64,000 bases of DNA. Origin: an uncultured Chloroflexia bacterium (GTDB lineage Bacteria > Chloroflexota > Limnocylindria > Limnocylindrales > CSP1-4). Below the pieces are notes generated by a model. That model saw only the letters and a program-made list of their open reading frames with translations, made no database searches and was not told the origin of the DNA. The translations under genes and the position numbers were made by a program. Location: contig CAVQJC010000001.1 in assembly GCA_963712745.1 (NCBI GenBank), positions 452,320-516,319 of the forward strand, in the 5' to 3' direction. Below are positions 54,868-64,000 of this stretch, piece by piece. Positions within the stretch are counted from its first letter, which is position 1; each line of letters starts with the position of its first letter.

Positions 54868-56166
54868 GAGCCCTCGATCTCGCGGTAGGCCGCCCAGGGG
54901 TCGTAATCAGGCTCGACTTCTTCCTGCGACGGACGCAGGACCTCGGGCACGTGCTCGAGGTTGATGCGGATGCGAGTCCAGGTCGTACTTCGGCCGCGCA
55001 TAGCGTCGACGAGGATATCGGCGGGCTCCAGGCGTGTGACCACTTCAGGGTGGCGGGCCTTCCAGCGCTCCAGGCCCGCCAGCGCGTCTTCCTTCTGCGC
55101 CGCACGCGAGATCTCGATGAGTGGCTTGGTTGACTTGCGGCGACCGGTTGGCGATGCGGCGTCCCCTGCCTTGCGCTTCGATGGCTGCACGCGTGGAGGC
55201 TCGCCGGCCTGTTTGCGGTAGTGCGGTGGCCACGGGGCATCACCCTCCCCCGCTGCCTCGTGCCGGGCCGATAGCTCGAGCAGCGCCTCGAGCGACCCGG
55301 CCGCTTCATCGATGCCTTCGGCCCGGTCGCCGTGCTGGGCGAACAGGGCCGGCACGGTGGCCAGCGTGAAGTCCTCGGCCTCCACGTCTGGCACCTCGTC
55401 CCAGGTCAGCGGCATCGACACGCGTGCGTCGGGCGTGGGGCGCACCGAGTAGGCCGAGGCGACCGTACGATCCTTGGCGTTCTGGTTGTAGTCAAGGAAG
55501 ACGCCGTGGCGTTCCTCCTTCCACCACTTGCTGGTGGCGAGACTGGGGGCTCGCTGCTCCACATCGCGGGCCAAGGCCAGGGCCGCGCGGCGTACATCAC
55601 GATATGACCAGCGCGGTTCGATGCGAACGTTGATGTGGATGCCTCGCGACCCGGACGTCTTGGGCCAGCCCACCAAGCCGACGGCTTGCGAGCGCTTCGC
55701 GGGTCACGAGCGTCACCTCGCGGATCTGCGACCACGGCACACCGGGCACCGGGTCGAGGTCGACGCGCAGTTCGTCGGGGTGGTCGAGGTCCTCGGCACG
55801 TACCGGATGTGGGTTGAGGTCCAGGCACCCGAGGTTGGCCACCCAGGCCAGCGACGCCGCGTCGCGCAGGACGATCTCCTCGGCCGTGCGACCGGAAGGG
55901 AAATCGAGCACCACGCTATCGAGCCAGTCGGGCCGATTGTCCGGAGCCCGCTTCTGGAAGAAGAAGTCGCCAGCGGCGCCGTTGACGAAACGCTTGAGCG
56001 CCATGGGCCGGCCGCCGGCGCCACGCAGAGCGCCCTCTGCGACCGCGAGGTAGTAGCGCACCAGGTCCAGTTTGGTGTACCCGGGTCCGGCCCAGTAGAC
56101 CTTGTCCGGGTTGGTGACCTTGACCTCGCGCCCCTCTACCTGGAGGAGCTCGAACTTGGAGGCCAC
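54864..56166 (-). CDS. Stand-alone AEP primase-polymerase (LigD polymerase / Prim-PolC-like), frameshifted
   Basis: TNPDKV, TKLDLVRYY, FFQKR, DELRVDLDP, KTSGSRGIH, WWKEERHGVFLDYNQNAKDRT, AYSVR. Confidence 0.9.
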
Positions 56167-56169
56167 GGG

Positions 56170-56706
56170 CTAGGCCTCGGCGTCTCCGTCGGCGGTGGCC
56201 GCCTGCTCATCGAGCCAGCGTTGGCGGTCCATGCGCAGGATCTCGAGTGTCTCCGCGACGCCGGCCCAACCGTCGATCTCGACCGATTTGTCTTCCAGGT
56301 TCTTGTAGGTATGGAAGAACTGCTCGATCTCCTTGAGCTTGTGCGGCGAGACCTGCCGGAGCGCCTCGAGGTGCGCATAGACAGGATCGGCCAAAGCCAC
56401 ACAGAGCACCTTGAAGTCGACGCCCTTCTCGTCGGCCATCTTGAGCACACCCACCGGTCGCGCCCAGACATGACATCCCGGGAAGGTGCGCTCATCGATG
56501 AGCAGCATGGCGTCGGTGTGGTCGCCGTCGTCGGCGCGGGTGCCTTCGATGAAGCCGTAGTCAAAGTTGTAGTAGACCGCCGACGAAAGCACCCGGTCGA
56601 GGCGGATGACCTTGGCTTCTTCGTCGTATTCGTACTTGTTACGGCTGCCTGCCGGGATCTCGACGACGACTTCCATGACGGCAGGAAAGCCCAGCGATTC
56701 GTTCAT
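56170..56706 (-). CDS. ppa: Soluble family I inorganic pyrophosphatase
   Basis: VEIPAGSRNKYEYD, LDRVL, YGFI..T..DDGD, DEKGVDFK, FF..YK.LE. Confidence 0.93.
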   Translation of the reverse strand: MNESLGFPAVMEVVVEIPAGSRNKYEYDEEAKVIRLDRVLSSAVYYNFDYGFIEGTRADDGDHTDAMLLIDERTFPGCHVWARPVGVLKMADEKGVDFKVLCVALADPVYAHLEALRQVSPHKLKEIEQFFHTYKNLEDKSVEIDGWAGVAETLEILRMDRQRWLDEQAATADGDAEA

Positions 56707-56746
56707 GCCTGCAGTCTAGGGCTCAGACGGCCGATACACTCATGCC

Positions 56747-57266
56747 ATGGACACCGTTACCGACATCCGCAACATCCGCGTCATCCGTGACTATCGCCCG
56801 CAGCCGCTCACCGAAGAGGAAGTGCGTGCCGTGGTCGATGCCGCGCGCAAGACCGGCTCATCGAAGAACGATCAGGCCTGGGACTTCATCACCATCCGCG
56901 ACCCACGCTCGCTCGAGCGCCTCTCGGGTGTCACGCCCAACGCCAAGCATCTGCCGAGCGCCGGTGCCGCCATCGCTCAGATCGTCGATGCGCCGAACCC
57001 CGACCACGCCCGCTCGGTGCTTTGGGACCTTGGGCGCGCGGCCCAGAACATGATGCTGGCTGCCTGGGCCATGGGCATCGGTTCCTGCCCCATCACCGTG
57101 CGAGAATTCGACCTGGCCGCCGATGTACTGGCCCTGCCATGCCGATAAGCAGTGCCAGTACCTCATCGCGCTGGGCTGGCCGGCTGACCCGGATGAACTC
57201 AGGCGCAAGCCGCGCGCAGGCGGGCGCAAGTCGTTCGAGGATGTGGTCCACACAGAGCGTTGGTAG
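56747..57266 (+). CDS. Nitroreductase family protein, frameshifted
   Basis: R.IRDY, SSKNDQAWDF, DLGRAAQNMMLAAW..GIGSC, IALGWP. Confidence 0.87.
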
Positions 57267-57307
57267 ACCGCGGGCCGCCTCGCAACCCGAGACAGAAGGA
57301 GAGCGCG

Positions 57308-57668
57308 ATGATCGCAAGACTGTGGTGATGGCCGCAGGCGTCGTCGCAGCAGCGGCCGGTGCGGCGACGTGGGCCAGGCGCCGCCCAGGTACGGAAGTCG
57401 GAAGGGTCGCACCACCAGCACAGCCAGCCGCGACATCCGTCGGCGCGAGACCACGACCGATGCGGGCGATAACGCTTCAGGACATCAAGGGCATCGGCGA
57501 GCGTGAGCGAGCAACGCCTCAGCGCTATCGGTGTGACCACGTTCGCACAGATCGCCGCATGGTCGGACGATGACTCGAGCGTGTCGCAACGGACATCAAG
57601 GTCAGCGCTGAGCGCATCAGGCGCGAAGACTGGGTAGGTCAGGCACGCACGTTCACGAAGGCGCTAGC
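57308..57668 (+). CDS. Small membrane-anchored helix-hairpin-helix protein, frameshifted
   Basis: AAGGAG RBS; hydrophobic N-terminus; LQDIKGIG...IGVTTFAQIAAWS...RIRREDWVGQA. Confidence 0.65.
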
Positions 57669-58100
57669 CGCCCGTTCGATAGCGATGACGAACGGGCCCC
57701 ACGACCGATCGTGAGCGAGCACTGAGCCGGGCGCCCAGCGGTGTTGGGCTGATGCGACGCTTCGACACGCCGCCGATGCCTGTCCGTTCCACGTAGACGG
57801 CACATAGACCCTCGCCGTGACGCGCCAGAAAGGCCGCCAGTCGACCCTCGGTGTCGGGTTCCTCGGCTACCAGCACCGACGCTCCGATGTGCACGCTGAC
57901 TGCCTGCCCCCCAGGAGTCGGGTCTCGCCGGCCGGACGGAAGGGCGCGCCGCGTCTTCGATGGTGCCGCTCAAGGTCGACCGTGGCCCAGCACAACCGAC
58001 CACGAGCGTCGCCCTCGTGCAGCTGGCCGGGCAGACCAGATCGGCCAGGCGGTGGCTACGACAGCCGACATCGAGGCCGCGCAAGCATCGGACGACATCG
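57664..58100 (-). CDS. Hypothetical protein (possible VOC/glyoxalase-like fold), frameshifted; start uncertain
   Basis: GWATVDL... and VAEEPDTEGRLAAFLARHGEGLCAVYV. Confidence 0.5.
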
Positions 58101-58144
58101 GCGAGCTCGCGCAGGCGATCCGGCCGACGGACGTCAGAGCGACG

Positions 58145-59359
58145 TCAGGCGACTCCTCGAAGCCCTGTGCCGGCAAGGCCGCACGACGTAGCGGCTTGTC
58201 CTCGCGATAGCCCAGCAGGTAGTCGGCCTGGATGAGCGTGTGCAGCTGGCTGGTGCCCTCGTAGATGACCGCGGCCTTGGAGTTGCGCAGGTAGCGCTCC
58301 ACGGGATACTCGTTCGAGTAGCCGTAGGCGCCGTGGATCTGGATGGCGTCGAGCGCGGAGCGCACCGCGTGCTCGGTGGCGTGCCACTTCGCGAGGCTCG
58401 TTTCGCGCGTGTTGCGCTTGCCGTGGTTCTTGAGGTAGGCCGCCTGCAGACACAGCAGCCGACCGGCCTCGATGCCGGCACCCATGTTCGCGATCATCTG
58501 CTTGACCAGCTGATGCTCGCCGATCTGCGAGCCGAACGTCTCGCGCTCGGCATGCGTACCGCAGCGACGCATCGAGACATGCCTGGGCCAGGCCCGACCG
58601 CCCCGGTCGCGACGGTGAAACGACCCTGGTCGATGGCGCTCATGGCGATGCTGAAGCCTTCGCCTTCTTCGCCGATGCGGTTCTCGATGCGGCACGCGCA
58701 CGTCGTCCATGCGTGATGCCACCGGTGTTGCCGGCGTGGATGCCCATCTTGCCGTGGATGGTCTCGGTGCTGAGACCGGCCATGCCTCGCTCCAGGAGGA
58801 ATGCAGTGATGCCGCGGTGGCGCTTGGACCGATCGACGCGGCGAAGACCAGGAAATGGTCGGCCAGGTCGGCCAGGCTGATCCACAGCTTCGAGCCGTTG
58901 AGCACATACGAGTCGCCATCGCGACGAGCGGTGCGTCGCGAGCGACGCGGCGTCGGTGCCAGCCCCGGGCTCGGTCAGCGCGAAGGTGGCCAGCTTCTCG
59001 CCGCGCGCCTGCGGCACCAGCCAGCGCTGCTTCTGTTCCTCGGTGGCCCACTGCATCAGCGTCAGCGAGTTGAGCGCCGACGTGCACGCTCATGACCACA
59101 CGAAAGGCCGTGTCGGCACGCTCCAGCTCCTCGCACAGGATCGGCGAAGCTGACGTAGTCCATGCCCGCACCGCCCCAGCGCTCCCAGATCGGCGCGCCC
59201 AGGAAGCCCGATCCGGCCATCTTCTCGATGACGTCGCGGCGGACCTCACCCTTGGCGTCCCACTCGCGGATGTACGGGCTGATCTCGGCCTGCACGAAGT
59301 CGCGCACCGCCTCGCGGACGAGCAGGTTCTCAGGAGGTCAGGGATAGGTCGATGGACAT
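58145..59359 (-). CDS. Acyl-CoA dehydrogenase, frameshifted
   Basis: FALTEPGAGTDA, LNGSKLWIS, RETFG.QIG..QL, SLAKW, QIHGAYGY..EYPVERY, IYEGTSQ. Confidence 0.92.
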
Positions 59360-59534
59360 GCACGCTCCCTCGAGGACAGCGCCCGAAAGGGCCGTTGGCA
59401 GTTCAGGGCTACATCGTACGCGCAACAAGGCAGCAGACACAGCAGCGCCGCCGGTCACGTGTCCGACGGCGCGAAGCAGAGAGCGAGTCAGGTGCGGCAG
59501 GGCATCGCCGACCTGAGGTGTACCGCTCGAGGGC

Positions 59535-59729
59535 TTAGCGGTTCCTCGCCAGGAACGTCATCACGTCTTCCAGGCGGAAGCGACGATCGCCTCGCTTGCA
59601 GACGCGATAGAAGGGCAATTCGCCTCGGTCGCCGAGACGCTTGACTGTGTTGACATGTAGGTGGAGGAGCTCTGCGACCTCGCTCGCGGTGAGCATCGGT
59701 CCAAGATCGTTGGCTGCCATGGACGCCAT
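59535..59729 (-). CDS. Small excisionase/BldC-like helix-turn-helix protein
   Basis: MLTASEVAELLHLHVNTVKRLGDRGELPFYRV..RGDRRFRLEDV; an upstream in-frame start is also possible. Confidence 0.85.
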   Translation of the reverse strand: MASMAANDLGPMLTASEVAELLHLHVNTVKRLGDRGELPFYRVCKRGDRRFRLEDVMTFLARNR

Positions 59730-59961
59730 GTTGCGTTCACTAACCTCGCGTTCAGTGGGCTGCTGGACGGTGCTCGGCGGAAGACTCGATCCAGTGAAAT
59801 CGAGAGCACCTTGATCGATGAGGTCACGTGTGATGTGGTCCATCGAGGTGTTGATACGCATGGTGGCGTCCGCACCCACCCGCAACAACCCGTACTACGG
59901 TCCGGGGCGACTGGTACAGAACCCCCGTTGCTCGTCCGCACCGCCCCGAACGTGATCCCCG

Positions 59962-62356
59962 CTAGGCCTGCGCTAGCCAGAGCAGGCTCATGTCGTCCAC
60001 GCTGATGTCCGTCTTTTCGAGACCGACCTCGAGCGGCTCGATGCTGCTCGCCTTCTCGGACCATTCCGCGTCGATGTCCGCGATGGCCTCCTGAAGATCG
60101 TTCTCGAGATCCTCGATGGCCAGGTTCTTCTCGTCGATGCGGTTCACGATGGTGCTGATGCGCTGGGCCGAGGATTGGCCACGCGTAGCCGCCCGACCAG
60201 CTGAGCGCGCTATCGTCGCGGTGCTGGTGCGGCCGCCGAGGATGCTGCCCAGCACGGAGCTGCCGATGGAGATGAAATCCTGGTTGCGACGATTGCGCAC
60301 GTCGGCCTGGAGCTCGGCGACACGATCCTCGTACTGCGCGATGGCCTTGTTGAGGGCCTCCATCCTGGAGGTCAGGCGGTCGCGGATGACGGCCGCCTCC
60401 TTGTCCTTGGCGTCGTCGGCGGCGGCCTCGCAACGTTGAGCGAAGGCCTCTGGCGTCTCACCCGCGCGCGAATAGAGTTTGAGCGGTCGATTGACCTGGA
60501 GCGTCATGGTCTGCTCTCGATAGAGGTGGTCCTTGAGCTCCTTGGTGGCGCTACGGAAGAACGAGCTCTTCCCGATGGGCGCGTCGGACAGGACGTAGAC
60601 AGCACCGTCGGGAGCCTCGGAGCGTAGGTCGCGCTCGTCGTAGTCGATGTGGACGGCCGCGCCCCAATCGACCTCGCTACGCGTGACGCCAACGACCGCC
60701 TCCCACTCCACGGTCTCGCGCAGATCGGCCTTGGTGTCATCGAAGATCATGCGTACCCGTGCGATCAGACGTCGGTGATAGCCGTGGACTGCCGGCAACG
60801 GCGCCTGCCTCGGCGGCCCATGGCGCAGCGGGGTCGAGGTAGCGCACCGGGACACCCTCGGCTACCTCTGGCGCCACCAACGTCTCGTCGTCGGCGAGCA
60901 GCACTGCGCCTGCATCAGCGAGCGCGTCGCCGATAGTTACACTGACGGCACCCGACTCGAGCACACCGATCCGGACTCGTGGGCCATCAGTCGTTTGATC
61001 TGATCACGCGTCAGCGGGCCCGCCAGGTAGGACATGGCCCAGCGCGTGCCGAAGCGGACCGGCTGGCTGGCACGCGTGCTGTGGAAGAGGAACTGTCGCT
61101 TGTCGAGCGCCGAGATGGTCGCATCGATGGCGCGGCTGTATCGACGTCGCCAGCTGGCGGAGGTCATGCCATCGAGCAAGCGCGCCTTGTCGCGCTCCGT
61201 CTGCAAGCGGCCGATCATCCAGGTGCCCAGCGTTGCTGATGGCCTTGTAGTCCATGTCGACGGGGTTCTGGGTCGACAGCACCATGCCCACGCCATGCGC
61301 ACGAGCCTGCTTGAGGATGGTCAGGATGGGCTTCTTGGCGGGCGGTGTCGCGGTGGGTGGCACGTAGCCGAAGACCTCGTCCATGTAGATGAGGGCTCGC
61401 AGGTCGCCGGTACCTGACTCGGCTGCCGAGTCCAGGTGACCATGCGCGAGAGGACCAGCGTGACCACGAACATGCGCTCCGCTTCGGACAGATGGGCCAC
61501 CGAGACGATGGCCGCCTGGGGACGCCCGTCGATCCGCAGGAGCGTCTCGATGTCCAGCTCGCGACCCTGGTTCCATGCAGCGAAGGAGGGCGAGGCCAGC
61601 AGGCCGTTGAGCTTGAGGGCCAGGGCAGACCGGTCCGCGGGCGGATAGAAGGTATCGAGATCGAGCACGCCGAGTTTGCGCATCGGCGGGTCCTGGATCT
61701 GACCGAGCAGCCTGGCCAGGTCGAGGTCGTGCCCCTGCGTCCAGCTCCGCTCGATGAGATTGGCGATGAGGATGTGCTCCGGGCTCGCGAGCGGGTCGGC
61801 GGCGATGCCGATGAGCCCGAGCAGGCGCCGACGTGAAGCCCTCCACCTCGTCGCGCAGGACCTCGATGTCGGCGGCCGCGGGCGGGTGCCTTGAGCGAAC
61901 CGATGAGGTTGAGGGGCACGCCCGCGGTGGAACCCGGCGTGTAGATGGTGAAGCCGGCACGACTCCGCAGCTCGGCGATGCGCTCCGGGCCGATACCTGA
62001 TCGCGCCAGGCCGTCCCGCCAGGTCTGCGCGGTGCTGGCAGCGCAACTCATCAGGGCTGATGCCGGCCCTGGCTGCGGCGCTCTCCTCGACCCAGGGACG
62101 GAAGTCGGCCGCACGCAGCTCCGGAAACGTCAGCAGCAGGTTGCCCATGTCGCCCTTGGGATCGATGATCGAGGCACGGGATGCCTTGCAGCAGAGCGCA
62201 TCCTCGAGCAGGTCGATGCCCGAGCCCGGTCTTGCCCGATCCGGTCATGCCGACGATGACCCCGTGCGTGGTCAGATCAGCGGGATCAAGGGACGATGTT
62301 GCGTCATCGTCCAGCCGGTGGCCGACGAACAGCTGGTCGGTCGGGATATCAGCCAT
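59962..62356 (-). CDS. HerA/FtsK-like ATPase (DUF87-type) with C-terminal coiled coil, frameshifted
   Basis: [17 protein letters not shown] (Walker A), IYMDE (Walker B), [26 protein letters not shown]. Confidence 0.87.
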
Positions 62357-62639
62357 CGATCGCTCCTCCGGGAAGCAGGCGTCAGCGGCGCTGCAGACTC
62401 AGGTTAGCTGTTCAGGGTGATGTCGCATAGACTCAGCCGCCCGGGACGACCGGAGAGGTCCTGCAACGGAAGGACGGCCTGGCACAAGCACGCAGCCCGC
62501 CATGGGCGCTGCCATCGGCGTCGACCCGCGCCGTTCGTCCTGATCGCCCGGACGGCGGCGGCCGTCAGCGTTGGCGTCGGCGGGCGCGTCTCGTCAGGGA
62601 CACGGACGACGCGCTGACGGTGCCGCCGACTGGGTCCGG

Positions 62640-63400
62640 GTCACGCCCCACGGGCACCTCCGCAGCATCCTGGATGCGGTCCGGCGTCGTCGGCTTCGAG
62701 ACCTCTGGGCCCGAGCCCATGATGGTCGCCGCGACGATGATCTCGGCAGCACAACCTTGCTGCCATCGCGACTGAGGGCGAGCGGCTCCTCGGATTCGTG
62801 CACAGCGATCCCGGGCGGCCCGTGCCGCATTATCGAAAGTGGACCTTGCGCGACCTCATCGCGCATGTGGCGTCGATCCATGCACGGACGACACTCGTGT
62901 GTACCACGCTGCCCCAGGAGAGCCCCTCGCCGATGACCCTGCCGGAGGGCCGCGACCCGTGCGATTGGTACGCGGAGACCCTGCCAGCCATGATCGAGGC
63001 ATTGCGGGACGTGGACCCGGGTGCCCTGGGGTGGACGCTGTTCTCGGACCGCAGGGTGAGCACCTGGGAGCGCCGCATGGTCATCGAGACCGGCGTGCAT
63101 CGCTGGGATGCACAGATGCGATCGAGGAGCCGGAGCCACTGCTGCCCATCGTGGCCAGACATGGACTCGAGGAGTTCAGTGACCTGTGGCTGCCCCAGGC
63201 TGGGTGACGTACCGACGCTCGCGGTCGAGGTCGTGGACCTCGGAGGGACGTGGATCTTCGGCGATGGCGAGCCTCGGTTCAGGGTGACCGGGACCGCCTC
63301 GGATATCTACCTGCGCCTGATGGCCCGCGGCGCGGTCCGTCTGCCGGCGCCATGGGAAGCGGCCGTCGACGCGATGCCGACACCGCAAGGAGCGGCCTGA
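62640..63400 (+). CDS. Maleylpyruvate isomerase / DinB-family thiol-dependent enzyme, frameshifted; start uncertain
   Basis: VPHY..WTLRDLIAHV, RRMVIET.VHRWDA, VTGTASDIYL.L..R. Confidence 0.75.
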
Positions 63401-63468
63401 GGATCCGCAGGCCGGTGGCACGGCCTGAGGCACCAGCAGCGCTCGGTAGCTGTATCCGAGTGCCCCCG

Positions 63469-64000
63469 ATGGGCCTTTCGTCCCAGTGGGACCCGTCCGC
63501 AGTGCCGCTATCCTCACTGGATGGCCTCGCCACCCTGTATCGCATCCTCATGGTCGACCGGCGAGCGACGTCGGATGTGATCGGCGCTGCCTACCGCGTC
63601 CTCGCGAAGCGATACCACCCTGATCACGACCCAGCCGCGAGGCCGCGAGCCGGATGTCGGAGCTCAACCAGGCCTATGCCGTCCTGCGCGACCCGGAGAA
63701 GCGCGCGACGTACGACGAGCTGCTCGGGGAGGAGGAAGGCGGCCATCGTCGCCCGACCGCACCGAGTGCCATCAACGCCAAGTACGAGGACGGCTATGGA
63801 GCGTGCGAGACCGCTCGGAGCCGGTGCCACAGAGCGCCGTCTTCGGTGAAGCCGGGCCCCCGCCGAGCTATCCACCGGCATCGGGCACCGTGCTCTCGTT
63901 CGGGCGCTACCGCGGCTGGACGATCACCCAGGTGGCCAAGGACCGGGAGTACCTCGAATGGCTGGCGCGGACCCAGGCCGGCCGGACCTACAGTCGCGAA
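63469..64000 (+). CDS. Second J-domain protein with C-terminal FGRYRG domain (frameshifted, runs off window)
   Basis: LYRIL.V...AAYRVLAKRYHPD...ELNQAYAVLRDPEKRATYD; GTVLSFGRYRGWTITQVAKDREYLEWLART. Confidence 0.82.

Noticed and set aside
59535-59888. Excisionase marking a prophage or ICE
   Set aside because: No integrase, att-associated tRNA, or phage or conjugation genes in the window.

Overview
High-GC bacterial chromosomal window of mostly housekeeping and metabolic genes. Gene content and style suggest Chloroflexota, possibly Limnocylindria; this is inference, not a search result. Many genes are split by single-base indels in patches, consistent with uncorrected long-read errors, so several CDS calls join ORF fragments and have approximate ends. 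In order: a LacI / aldo-keto reductase / amidohydrolase / hydantoinase A+B / sugar-type ABC catabolic cluster; uppP; membrane H+-PPase; ndk; a Pro-rich protein; M16 peptidase; coaX-coaBC-panB-panC-nitrilase; tandem secreted-protein paralogues; gdh, DegV, thiolase; a complete shikimate operon (aroF+chorismate mutase, aroA, aroC, aroE, aroKB, aroQ, trpE, trpG); meaB/B12-binding protein/folE/tatA; ArsR-trxA; a collagen-like protein; LigC and a stand-alone primase-polymerase; a Q/Y-rich membrane protein; ppa; acyl-CoA dehydrogenase; a BldC-like HTH; a HerA-like ATPase; and two J-domain proteins with a shared unusual C-terminal domain. The best find is a compact attenuator upstream of the shikimate operon: a TTGACA-17bp-TAGTGT promoter, an 8-codon leader MTSYWYFS carrying all three aromatic amino acids in a row, and mutually exclusive terminator/antiterminator hairpins. 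No rRNA, tRNA, CRISPR array or transposase was recognised.
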